Positions 20,331 through 30,040 of a stretch of DNA of 64,000 bases are shown in pieces (position 1 is the first letter of the stretch; every line of letters starts with the position of its first letter). The translations under genes were made by a program, and so were the position numbers. Below the pieces are notes generated by a model that worked only from the letters and a program-made list of their open reading frames with translations, did not search any database and was not told the DNA's origin. Origin of the DNA: an uncultured Acidobacteriota bacterium (GTDB taxonomy: Bacteria > Acidobacteriota > UBA6911); assembly GCA_963809485.1 (NCBI GenBank), contig CAWEJX010000014.1:1-64000 (forward strand), in the 5' to 3' direction.

Positions 20331-21581
20331 TCACTCCACAATGGCGTCAAGCGCCTGATGAAAATCATGCAGCAGGTCGCGCCAGTCCTCGATGCCGACG
20401 GAAATCCGGACTAGCGAGTCATCAACGCCGAGAGTTTTTTTGTCCGCGGCGCTCATCTCGGAATGGGTCGTGGTTGCCGGATGGCTTACCAGCGTTTCCA
20501 CGCCTCCGAGGCTCACGGCGTTCCGGCCTATTTGGAGGTTCCGGAGAAAATCGAATGCGGCGCGCTTTCCTCCCTTCAGCATTATGGAAAAAATGGCGCC
20601 CGGAAACTGGCATTGAACGTCGCGGATGCGGATCTGCTCGGGGTCGTCGAACAGCGTGGGGTAGTTAACTTTCGCGATTTTCTTGTGGTTCGCCAGGGTT
20701 TCGGCTATTCTCTGGGCATTCTTGCTCTGCCGGTTCATGCGCAAAGAAACGGTGGGCAGCCTTCCGTCGAGCAGCCAGCATTCGTCCGCCTGAAGAATGT
20801 TGCCGAGAACGCCCCTGATCCCGCGCAACTGCACGACAAGGTCGGTGTCGCGGGCCAGGATGATGCCTCCGAGCAGGTCGCTGAATCCCGAAAGGTATTT
20901 GGTTGCCGAATAGACAACCAGGTCGGCATCATGCATCAGAGGGTGCTGAAACACCGGTCCCATGAAGGTGTTGTCGACGGCAACCAGCGGCGCATCCGGG
21001 TGTTTTGCGGCATGCGCCGTGGCAGACCCTATGTCCGTCATTGTCAGCACCGGGTTCGCGGGTGTTTCGATGAATATCAGCCGAAGGTTGCTTGTGGATT
21101 CGATCGTCTTTTTGAGGCCTTCCGTGTCGCCCGCGTGAACAGGAATTCCGTGGATGCCCAGCGGATCCAGCAGATGATGGATGAGATGGTACGTCCCGCC
21201 ATAAAGAGGCGTCGTATAGATGAAGTTGCCGCCTTGAGGGCAGAAGGTAAAAAACAAAGTTGAAATTGCTGCCATGCCGGAATTGAAAACAGCCGCCGCG
21301 TGCGCCCCCGGTTCCAGCGGCACGACCTGATCTTCAAGAATCTCCGCGTTCGGGTGGGAGAGCCTGGCGTAGATCAGGTCGACGCTTTCCCCGGCTTTGG
21401 GCTGCGCCAGGCCCAGGGCAATCGCGAAAGACCGTTCGGCGGCTTCCGGTGAAGAGAAGACATAAGTGGAAGATCGGAAGACCGCCGGCCTTGCGGATCC
21501 TACCGACAGTTGCGGGTCGAATCCGCGTGTGAGTATGGCCGTGGGAGGACGCACAACATAAGGCGTTTTTTTGAGGTCCAT
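20331..21581 (-). CDS. PLP-dependent Cys/Met metabolism enzyme (methionine gamma-lyase / cystathionine gamma-synthase family)
   Basis: YARLSHPN, FNSGMAAI, ETPANP, VDNTF, YSATKYLSG, VSLGGVETL. Confidence 0.92.
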   Translation of the reverse strand: MDLKKTPYVVRPPTAILTRGFDPQLSVGSARPAVFRSSTYVFSSPEAAERSFAIALGLAQPKAGESVDLIYARLSHPNAEILEDQVVPLEPGAHAAAVFNSGMAAISTLFFTFCPQGGNFIYTTPLYGGTYHLIHHLLDPLGIHGIPVHAGDTEGLKKTIESTSNLRLIFIETPANPVLTMTDIGSATAHAAKHPDAPLVAVDNTFMGPVFQHPLMHDADLVVYSATKYLSGFSDLLGGIILARDTDLVVQLRGIRGVLGNILQADECWLLDGRLPTVSLRMNRQSKNAQRIAETLANHKKIAKVNYPTLFDDPEQIRIRDVQCQFPGAIFSIMLKGGKRAAFDFLRNLQIGRNAVSLGGVETLVSHPATTTHSEMSAADKKTLGVDDSLVRISVGIEDWRDLLHDFHQALDAIVE

Positions 21582-21709
21582 GTTTTCTCTCCAGTGCTTT
21601 TATGCGTTGAACGTCGAACGTTAACACGTTGCACGTTATAAGCTGCTCAACCTGCAATCCTGAAGCCTGCGAATTCGTAGGAGCTCGGAGCCTAGCAGGC
21701 TGCCATATT

Positions 21710-22165
21710 CTAGGTTCCCGACTCATCGAAACCGAAATAGCGCATCCAGTCCTCCACATCAACCTTTTCCTGGGAGGCACTGCGCGTGCTGCGCGCAGAG
21801 AGCCTGGATTTCATTTTGGCGGCGAATTGGCTCCAGATCATCGTGGACGCTCCGGCATTGCGGCAGCGGGCGGCCAGTTCGCGATCATTGGACACGACAA
21901 TGATTTCCGAAGGATACTGAACTTCCCGCAAGCGGCGCAGCATGATCTCGTCGGTCGAATAAGGGGCACTGTATCGGACGGAAATTCCCGGCGGCACCGC
22001 CGCGCGACCGGGATCGTCGCCGTCAAAATAAACCAGGAACCGGCCGCCTCCCGACCTGTAAAAGGAGCTCAAGGTCGACAAAAACGCCTGCCGGACCCGC
22101 GGATTTTCCCGCGCAGCCGCAGTGGACTGCCCGATCAGGTTGTTGCCGTCAAACCAGTAAGGCAT
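21710..22165 (-). CDS. NYN/PIN domain (YacP-like) protein
   Basis: DGNNLIG, VYFDG, TDE, VVSNDREL, C-terminal DVEDWMRYF. Confidence 0.85.
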   Translation of the reverse strand: MPYWFDGNNLIGQSTAAARENPRVRQAFLSTLSSFYRSGGGRFLVYFDGDDPGRAAVPPGISVRYSAPYSTDEIMLRRLREVQYPSEIIVVSNDRELAARCRNAGASTMIWSQFAAKMKSRLSARSTRSASQEKVDVEDWMRYFGFDESGT

Positions 22166-22248
22166 GCCTATAGTTTGCCACAAAACAGTTCACTGCGCCG
22201 CCGTTTTGATGGCGGCGTGTTGCGGGTGTTGCGCGCTCTGAAGCATGC

Positions 22249-22278
22249 TTGACAGCACAATCGGGCATTCACTATGCT
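22249..22278 (+). promoter_or_regulatory. Putative sigma70 promoter of prmA (leaderless)
   Basis: TTGACA-18 nt-TATGCT, followed 6 nt later by ATG at 22285. Confidence 0.6.
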
Positions 22279-22284
22279 CGCCGG

Positions 22285-23181
22285 ATGACTGAGAAACGCT
22301 TCATGGAAGTGGCTCTGAGGGCGGATGTGGATTCCGCCGAACTCCTTTCCCTGCTGCCGGAAGGGGAAGCACTCGGCAGCTGGGAAATGGACGGCATTAT
22401 TCATATTTACTGGAATGAGGAACAATGGCGGCCGGCCCTGTTGGAGGATTTGAAACGCGCCCTGGCCCGGCTCGGGATTGAGGACAGAGACGTCCGCCTG
22501 TCGGCAAATTCGGTGCCGGATGAGGACTGGAACGCAGCCTGGGTTGCCTCTCTGCAGCCGATCCGTATCGGGCGGCAAATAAGGATCCGTCAGAGCTGGC
22601 ATCCTGCCGACACTTCATTCAAAGGGATTGAATTGATCGTGGATCCCAAAAGGGCTTTCGGCAGCGGCTACCACGCGACTACGCAGCTGGTACTCGAATG
22701 GCTGGAGGAGAATATCAAGCCCGGCGACCGGGTTCTGGACATAGGAACGGGCAGTGGAATCCTGGCGATGACGGCCATCCGGCTGGGTGCTGCTTCGGCT
22801 CTGGGAATCGACAACGATCCTGTCGCACTCGAATGCGCGGGGGAGATGTCCGCGGCAAATGGTATCGGGCCCCAACTGGAATTGCGCGTCGCCTCCCTGG
22901 AAGACGCCGATTTCGGATTGTTCGACATAGTCGTGGCAAACCTTGACGGAAGAACATTGCCCCGGCTGTGCGGGTTGTTACCGGCTATGTTAAAAACGGG
23001 TGGGAAAGCCTGCCTTTCCGGTCTTCAGGAAGAAAACTACGAAGAAATCGCGGCTGCCGCGGCCAAAGCGGATCTTGCCGTCACGCTCCGGATGACGCGT
23101 GAAGACTGGCTTGCCCTGGAAGTGCGACCCGGGCAGGGGCTGCGCCCTCATCCAACTTTTGTGCAACGATCCTCATGTTGA
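22285..23181 (+). CDS. prmA: Ribosomal protein L11 methyltransferase
   Basis: DEDWNAAW, DPKRAFGSGYHATT, VLDIGTGSGILA, GIDND, VVANL, LSG. Confidence 0.92.
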   Translation: MTEKRFMEVALRADVDSAELLSLLPEGEALGSWEMDGIIHIYWNEEQWRPALLEDLKRALARLGIEDRDVRLSANSVPDEDWNAAWVASLQPIRIGRQIRIRQSWHPADTSFKGIELIVDPKRAFGSGYHATTQLVLEWLEENIKPGDRVLDIGTGSGILAMTAIRLGAASALGIDNDPVALECAGEMSAANGIGPQLELRVASLEDADFGLFDIVVANLDGRTLPRLCGLLPAMLKTGGKACLSGLQEENYEEIAAAAAKADLAVTLRMTREDWLALEVRPGQGLRPHPTFVQRSSC

Positions 23182-23274
23182 TTTGATGTCAGCGTTCTTC
23201 AGCGCTTTTGTCGGCGTATATCAGCGTTATTAGCACGAGTCCGCGGCAAGGCAACAGGATTCCTGATGCCCTAA

Positions 23275-25425
23275 TCAGCTTTTTTGTGCCTTGCTGATTC
23301 TCTCCGGAGTCATAGGCATTTGAAACAGCCTTACGCCGGCGAGATCAAAAATCGCGTTGGCGATAGCCCCGCCCACAGGGGCGATCGCAGGCTCGCCCCC
23401 GCCTTGCGCCGTCAGTTGATCATTCCGGACCAGGAAGGCATCGATGTCGGGAAGCCACGAGAAGCGGGGGATGGAATAGTTGTGGAAGTTGCTCGTGAAT
23501 ATGCGTCCGCCTTTGAAATCGATATCTTCGGAAAGGCTGTAGCCCAGACCCATCATGATGCATCCTTCCATCTGCATTCTGGCTCCTTCCGGATTGATGA
23601 CGACGCCCATGTCCTGAACGGCCACGATGCGCTGAACCTTAACCTTGCCCCTGTCCATTTTGACTTCAGCGATTTCGGCCACGTAGGCCCCGGCGTCTAT
23701 GGCGCAGGCAATTCCAATCCCGCGTCCACTGGGCCCCGGGGATGCTTTGTAGCCGAAACGTTCCGCGGCGGTTTCCAATACGCGGCGCATCCGGGCATCC
23801 GACGTGTTTCTCAGGCGAAATTCCAGAGGATCGGCTTTCGCGTGCGCGGCCATGGTGTCGATGTGGGATTCCCTGGCAAAGACATTGATGTTCGATCCGG
23901 GAGCGCGCCAGGCGCCAATGTAAAATGGATGCGCCTTGGTTGTATCCCCCATCCAGCCGCCGTAGGTGCTCATGAGGTTGTTGGGGACATCATAAAACTG
24001 CTCGGCGCTTCTGGAGCCGGCATAGTAGACATGGTAGTCCCACAGGCAGATTTTACCCGCGCCGTCCAGGCCCGATTTGATCCGGACGATGGCCGCCGGC
24101 CGGAAGTGGTCGTAGAAAAATTCCTCCGCCCGGCTGTAGGATACCTGAACCGGCTTTCCGGTGGCCCTGGCCAGGCGCGCCGCGTCCAGGGCTTGAAGCG
24201 CCGCGCTTTTGCCCCCGAATCCGCCGCCCACGAACGGAGTGATTACCCTGACGTTCTGAGGAGCAAGTTTTAGGGCTCGCGCAATTTCCTGCTGATTGGG
24301 AAAAGGGGTCTGAGTTGAAATCCAGACCGTCATTTTTTCGCCCTCAAGTCTGGCGCAGGCGGTATGGGTTTCTATGGATGCGTGGGCGCCGTATCCATTG
24401 AGATATTTGGCTTCAAAAATCGCGGCCGACGCCTTTTCCCCCTCGGCGAGGTCTCCCTTGCTCTCCTGCGTTCGGGGTTTGGGCGCCGCCTGAAGGATGC
24501 GGTCGAAAATGGTTTCGGGATCGACCGATGATTGGGGCGTGTCAAAATCGGCCTTAACGGAGGCGAGGGCTTTCTCCGCTGTTTCCGGATCTTCGTGAAG
24601 GACGGCGATCAATCCCTCCTCCTTCACCACGACTACGCCCGGCATTTGTTCGGCGGCGGATGTGTCGACGCTTTTCGCGGATGCACCGTGTGCCGGCGGG
24701 CGCAAAATCTTCGCGTATAGCAGGCCTGGAAAACGCAGATCCCCTGTGAACTGGGCGGCGCCGGTCACCTTCGCTTTGCCATCCAGGCGGGCGGGCGATT
24801 GGCCGATTACGGCAAAATCCGCCGGCTGCCTGATCTCGGCCTTCTGTTCCAGTTTGCGGATTATTCTCTGGCCCTTGGCCAGTTGGGCGTAAGAAAGCTT
24901 CCTGTTATTATCGGATCTCACATAGATGACGCCGTTATCGGCGGCCAGATCCGATTTGGGGATCCCCAGCTGTTCGGAAGCCAGTTGCAGCAGCACCGCC
25001 TTTGCTTCGGCTGCGGCCGATCGGAGGGCTGCCCCATAGACGCGGACCGACATGGATCCAAAGGTCCCCATATCCCATGGGCACAAATCGGTATCTCCCA
25101 TAATCATGCGGATGGATTCCAAAGCAATCCCGAGTTCTTCCGCGGCCATCTGGGCGAGTGCCGTCGTATTGCTTTGACCCATCTCGATCTTTCCCGAAAA
25201 CACAGTAACTTCACCGTCTTCGCCGATTCTCAGGTAGGCATTGAAATCGGTCGCCGCACCCGGCCCCATCTTGGGAGGGCCTTGCGCCGCCGGCGTTTCC
25301 AAAACTGCAGGGAAAAAAACGATGATTCCTCCGCCGAGGAGCGTGAGGAAATCGCGCCTTCCATAAAGGGTGGCCGCCGAATTTGCGGCGGTTTTTGAAA
25401 TGTCGTCTTGCATGGGGCATCTCAT
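23275..25425 (-). CDS. Xanthine dehydrogenase family molybdopterin-binding subunit (isoquinoline 1-oxidoreductase beta-like), Tat-exported
   Basis: RRDFL Tat motif, KIEMGQ, GTFGSMS, GGGFGGK, WRAPG, GGGEP. Confidence 0.92.
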   Translation of the reverse strand: MRCPMQDDISKTAANSAATLYGRRDFLTLLGGGIIVFFPAVLETPAAQGPPKMGPGAATDFNAYLRIGEDGEVTVFSGKIEMGQSNTTALAQMAAEELGIALESIRMIMGDTDLCPWDMGTFGSMSVRVYGAALRSAAAEAKAVLLQLASEQLGIPKSDLAADNGVIYVRSDNNRKLSYAQLAKGQRIIRKLEQKAEIRQPADFAVIGQSPARLDGKAKVTGAAQFTGDLRFPGLLYAKILRPPAHGASAKSVDTSAAEQMPGVVVVKEEGLIAVLHEDPETAEKALASVKADFDTPQSSVDPETIFDRILQAAPKPRTQESKGDLAEGEKASAAIFEAKYLNGYGAHASIETHTACARLEGEKMTVWISTQTPFPNQQEIARALKLAPQNVRVITPFVGGGFGGKSAALQALDAARLARATGKPVQVSYSRAEEFFYDHFRPAAIVRIKSGLDGAGKICLWDYHVYYAGSRSAEQFYDVPNNLMSTYGGWMGDTTKAHPFYIGAWRAPGSNINVFARESHIDTMAAHAKADPLEFRLRNTSDARMRRVLETAAERFGYKASPGPSGRGIGIACAIDAGAYVAEIAEVKMDRGKVKVQRIVAVQDMGVVINPEGARMQMEGCIMMGLGYSLSEDIDFKGGRIFTSNFHNYSIPRFSWLPDIDAFLVRNDQLTAQGGGEPAIAPVGGAIANAIFDLAGVRLFQMPMTPERISKAQKS

Positions 25426-25886
25426 TTGTGAGCCGAGACACTCTCGATTGCCTGGACAATTCTCTTATGAGCGCCGCAGCGGCAGAGATTATGCTCCATG
25501 CCTTCAAGGATGCGGGCGCGCGTGAGTTTGGGATCCTTCAGCAGCAGCGCATAGGCGTTCATTATCATGCCGGGCGTGCAGAAGCCGCATTGGACGGCGC
25601 CATGGTCGATAAAAGCCTTCTGCAGCGGATGAAGCTTGTCGCCTTTTGCCAGTCCTTCGATCGTTGCAACCGATTTGCCGTTAACATCCCTGATCGGCAC
25701 CGAGCAGGAACGCCTGGCCTCTTTGTCGATGACCACCGTGCACGCTCCGCAAAGACCTGTACCGCAGCCGTATTTCGTGCCGGTCAGCCCCAAATCCGTT
25801 CGCAGAACCCAAAGCAGTTTCCTGTCGGGCTCAACATTCAGTGTCACAGGTTTTCCGTTCAGCCCAAAACTGATGGTTTCTTCCAT
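25422..25886 (-). CDS. (2Fe-2S)-binding subunit (isoquinoline 1-oxidoreductase alpha-like)
   Basis: GTKYGCGTGLCGACTV, QCGFCTPG, NLCRCG. Confidence 0.95.
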   Translation of the reverse strand: MEETISFGLNGKPVTLNVEPDRKLLWVLRTDLGLTGTKYGCGTGLCGACTVVIDKEARRSCSVPIRDVNGKSVATIEGLAKGDKLHPLQKAFIDHGAVQCGFCTPGMIMNAYALLLKDPKLTRARILEGMEHNLCRCGAHKRIVQAIESVSAHK

Positions 25887-26449
25887 AGTCTTTCTCGCCC
25901 TGAGCCGGTTGGATTACGTGTTGATTGTATCAGACTGCGGATATTTTTCAGCGGATTATGGCGTTGCGGCATTTTTTGCGCGGGAGGGAGAGCCGGCGGT
26001 TGACGAACCATCGAGCCTGGAGCAGAGTCTGACGATGTGCTGACAGGAGCGCCGCAAAATATGGATGGCGCGCGTCTGGGAACCAGATGCCCGCTTGCCA
26101 AAGGTTGATGAAAGCAGAAATGCCAGGACAAGGCAGGTTAGCAATTCTCGACTCCCCGGTCCTGGGTGGACAATCCATATTTCGGATTCCTATTCCGAGT
26201 TCCGGATTCTGAATTGTCCACCCCTAGGAACGACATTACGGTACTCTTCCTTTTTATCAACATCATTAGACCATCGAGAATCCCTTCTGGATACTGGCAG
26301 AAATACCTGTTTCGGGAGGAGTAGTAATACCCAAGGCATGATCAGGGAAGTGCGCGCTGTCTGTTTTTCTGCAGCATCAGGGGCAGAAAGCCGATGAACG
26401 GGCCTGTTGTCCGGGAATCCGCATCACGCGCGCAACAAGCCCCAAAAAG

Positions 26450-26478
26450 GAAAAGGAGGCGATGGAAGCCTCCTTTTT
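26450..26478. terminator. Intrinsic terminator downstream of tRNA-Asp
   Basis: AAAAGGAGGC-GATGGAA-GCCTCCTTTTT hairpin with T-runs on both strands. Confidence 0.7.
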
Positions 26479-26512
26479 GTTTCCCGAAATTTTTGACTGC
26501 CTTTGGGTTGAA

Positions 26513-26589
<77 letters not shown>

Positions 26590-26813
26590 ATCTTCATCAA
26601 AGGCGCTGAATAATAGCTCAAAACCCTCTCTGAGTTCAAGGTGTTTAACCTGCCCAATTCTGCAGGCTTGCGCCGCGGCGGCCTGAACGGGCAGAGATAT
26701 TGTCGATTCCGGTTTGTTTTTTATTTTTATATTGTAGACGAAGCAGGTTATTTTTAGATTTATGCATCAGTCCTGTACTGGATGGAGACGGATTATCAAA
26801 GAAGGAGAACGCG

Positions 26814-27410
26814 ATGGTTCGCAATAGAATCTTTGCCGCGGTTCTGACGGCAGGAATCCTGCTGGCACTGTCAGCTCTTTGTACGGCTGTTCCCTTTGCT
26901 GCAGAGTCATCAAATCCGGTAGTGGTTATCGAGACAACAATGGGAAGCATATCCGTAGAGCTGTTCAGGGATAAGGCTCCCAAATCTGTTGAAAATTTTC
27001 TGGCCTATGTCAAAGACGGCTACTACCGAGGCACGGTTTTTCACCGTGTGATAAAAGGTTTCATGATTCAGGGCGGGGGACTAACGGCAAGCCTGGCCCG
27101 CAAACAGACCAAACCGCCAATACCCAACGAAGCGGGCAACGGGCTGAAAAATGAGCGGGGAACGCTGGCGATGGCAAGAACGAGCGATATAAACAGCGCC
27201 ACATCCCAGTTCTTTATCAATACGGTAAACAATGCCTCGCTGAACCACCGTGGCGAGTCGCCGGACCAGTTTGGCTATGCCGTATTCGGCAAAGTCATAG
27301 ATGGCATGGATGTTGTTGACAAAATTGAAGCAGTTGCCACGACAACCAAGGGATCCTATCAGAACGTTCCCGTCACGCCCGTGGCCATTAAGGCCGTGGT
27401 TCTAAAATAG
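26814..27410 (+). CDS. ppiA: Periplasmic cyclophilin-type peptidyl-prolyl isomerase
   Basis: Signal peptide, APKSVENF, FHRVIKGFMIQGGG, LAMART, SATSQFFIN, GYAVFGKV. Confidence 0.95.
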   Translation: MVRNRIFAAVLTAGILLALSALCTAVPFAAESSNPVVVIETTMGSISVELFRDKAPKSVENFLAYVKDGYYRGTVFHRVIKGFMIQGGGLTASLARKQTKPPIPNEAGNGLKNERGTLAMARTSDINSATSQFFINTVNNASLNHRGESPDQFGYAVFGKVIDGMDVVDKIEAVATTTKGSYQNVPVTPVAIKAVVLK

Positions 27411-27800
27411 TGAATTCGAGGGATTTGGCCGCAAATAGCCAAAATCCCATAAGGCATGCGCGCCCGGTCAGTCGGATGGCGGGCCATTCATCCGGCCTTC
27501 TGCGGACGGGCGGAAGGATGCAAAAGCGCCCGCGGGAGAAGCAAAAAGCCGCCCCCGACCGCACTAAAGCCCGGCCATATCCTTTGCGGTTAAGGGATTT
27601 CTGCGCAAATCGCCAATGCGATTTTTCAATTTTTCTAGTTTGATTCTGCGATAGCGATGGTATACTTGTGCCGATATTACAGGCGGATACAAATCTTTGA
27701 TGGCTTCAACACGGGCTTATCTAGTCTAAGATCCATGGTGATTGTAGACGGTTGTCTGACTAGGTTGTTTGACTATTTCTCGCGGAGTGGAGAGGCTGCC

Positions 27801-29945
27801 ATGAACAGTAGGTATCTTCGGTTGGTAGCGGCGATTCTATCGTTGCTTTTGTTTTCGTTTTCAGGCTTTGCCCAGCAACAGACAAAGAAGCGCTGGCATG
27901 CCGCCAGTTTTGACGGAACTTCCGGATTGTTCAAAACTTGGGATGCCGAGACATTGAGGCAAGGCGAATTTAACTTTTCGGCAGGTTGGGATCAATTCCA
28001 GCGTGATCCCGGCCAACTGACCATTGGAAGGCTCCCTCTCGGTGCTGCGATTGGCATGTGGGACCGGTTCGAGCTTTTCGCGGGGTGGGACATTCAAAGA
28101 AACATCGATCCGGATAATATCCGGTATCACCGTTTGCTTCCCGGCGATTATCCGATTCCGGCCCAGACGCCTACAGGAGTTCAGTATTTTTCCCAGGTGG
28201 CTCCGTTCATTGATGTGCCCGAAGCAATGGGTGTCAGCGATATGCGCCTTGGTTTGAAATTCAACATGCTTTCCGAGCGCAGGGGCGACCCGGTCAGCAT
28301 AGCCCTGACAGGCATAGGCCTGTTCCCGGGACAGCTGGACAAGATTGGTCTTAACCGAGGCTTATCTTCCGGCTCCTTCGGGGGAGGCTTCGCCTTCCTG
28401 CTGTCCAAAACGGCCGGTCAGGCGATACGCTTCCATGTGAATGTCGGACCAAACTTCTACACCGATCCCTCGGTTGACAAGCCGGTTCTGGCCGATCTTC
28501 AGAATGAGTTCGTCTATAAAGGAGGCGTAGAGTTCCCTGCATACAAACCCTACCGCTTCATCGCTGAATTGAGCGGGCTGAAATATTTCGGGGACGGTTC
28601 AACGGGATTGAACCCTGTTGACCCGATGGATCTGATCATCGGAATGCGGGTATTCCCGCGCGAATGGATCTCGCTGGGAGCGGGATATCAGGCGTCATTG
28701 AAACATGTCGACGACGACAGCTCGATTGGGGCTTTGGGCGCGGGATATAACGGCTTTGTGGTTCAGGGCACTCTCGGTTATCGCATCAACGATCCGCCGA
28801 CGGTCAGCTGTGCCGTTGCCAAACAGACCATACTCCAGGAAGAAACAACCACCATTCGTGCCAACGCGGTGGACCCGGACGGCGATGTGCTCAAATACAG
28901 CTGGACCTCGAGCGGAGGCAAGCTTTCCGGGCAGGATTCAACGGCCACCTTCGATGCAACAGGCGTCGCCCCCGGCAGATACACGGTTACGGGAACGGTT
29001 GCAGACAAGAAGCACGAGGCTACCTGCTCGACCGAGATTACGGTTTTGAAGAAGAATTACGCTCCGACTGTGAAACTCGTTCCTGCTTCGGCCGATGTTA
29101 CGCAGGGTGACGCGGTGAGCTTCCGTTGCGACGGCACCGACGCCAACAACGATCCGTTGACCTACACCTGGACGGTGAATGGACAGCCCCTGGCGGCTAC
29201 AGGGCCTCAGATCACGTTCGGCACCGAAGGGCGCAATCCGGGCTCTTACACGGTGGCCTGCTCGGCCAGCGATGGCGAGGCTTCCGGCAGCGCATCGTCC
29301 AACGTGACAGTCCGGGAACGGATTATTCCCAACAAGCCGCCGACGATCGAGTGCCTGACCACCACGATGGATGTGGCTTCCGGCAGTTCGATAGATCTGC
29401 GGGCCAGGGCGGCGGATCCGGACGGAGACAAACTGAGCTACAGCTGGACCTCGACGGGCGGTTCGGTGAGTGGAACGGGCGAAGCGGCATCGTTCAACGC
29501 ATCGGGCGTCAAGGCGGGCAGCTATACGGTGACCGTGACGGTGGACGACGGGCGGGGAGGCAAGGCGTCGTGCAGCATGACGGTGAATGTCTCCGAGCTG
29601 ATCAGCGTGACCAAGGAGAAATGCGGCTACTTCGCGCATGGCGGTGTGCGGGTGGATAATTGCGCCAAGGCCATCCTGGACGATCTTGCGGTCCGGATGA
29701 AGAACGATCCCAAGCTGCGGGCAAATATCATAGGATACACGGATGCGTCGGGATATGAAAAGTCCCGGAAGGGCCTTGGAGAAAAGCGCGCCAAGGCGAT
29801 GGCAACGTATCTCGAGAAACAGGGTGTCGAAGCTTCGCGGTTAACCATCACCGACGGAGGCGTCAACAATCCGGTGGGAGATAACAAAACTGCCAAGGGC
29901 CGTACTCTCAACCGCCGCGTAGAGATCGAACTCACGGCGCGGTAA
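27801..29945 (+). CDS. OmpA-family protein: N-terminal putative beta-barrel, three Ig/PKD-like repeats, C-terminal peptidoglycan-binding domain
   Basis: Signal peptide; repeated N.PP...A.DPDGD.L.YSW units; IIGYTD...NRRVEI. Confidence 0.88.
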   Translation: MNSRYLRLVAAILSLLLFSFSGFAQQQTKKRWHAASFDGTSGLFKTWDAETLRQGEFNFSAGWDQFQRDPGQLTIGRLPLGAAIGMWDRFELFAGWDIQRNIDPDNIRYHRLLPGDYPIPAQTPTGVQYFSQVAPFIDVPEAMGVSDMRLGLKFNMLSERRGDPVSIALTGIGLFPGQLDKIGLNRGLSSGSFGGGFAFLLSKTAGQAIRFHVNVGPNFYTDPSVDKPVLADLQNEFVYKGGVEFPAYKPYRFIAELSGLKYFGDGSTGLNPVDPMDLIIGMRVFPREWISLGAGYQASLKHVDDDSSIGALGAGYNGFVVQGTLGYRINDPPTVSCAVAKQTILQEETTTIRANAVDPDGDVLKYSWTSSGGKLSGQDSTATFDATGVAPGRYTVTGTVADKKHEATCSTEITVLKKNYAPTVKLVPASADVTQGDAVSFRCDGTDANNDPLTYTWTVNGQPLAATGPQITFGTEGRNPGSYTVACSASDGEASGSASSNVTVRERIIPNKPPTIECLTTTMDVASGSSIDLRARAADPDGDKLSYSWTSTGGSVSGTGEAASFNASGVKAGSYTVTVTVDDGRGGKASCSMTVNVSELISVTKEKCGYFAHGGVRVDNCAKAILDDLAVRMKNDPKLRANIIGYTDASGYEKSRKGLGEKRAKAMATYLEKQGVEASRLTITDGGVNNPVGDNKTAKGRTLNRRVEIELTAR

Positions 29946-30040
29946 AGCCAATTTTGGTTTCGAATGACGGGTGGCGAATTTCGATGTCTTCGTCACCCGT
30001 CATTTCCCAAGTGCACCTGCAACATTTCATAAGCGGACGC

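Noticed and set aside
25900-26510. Island integrated at tRNA-Asp
   Set aside because: A terminator follows the tRNA directly, and no duplicated 3' end or integrase is visible.
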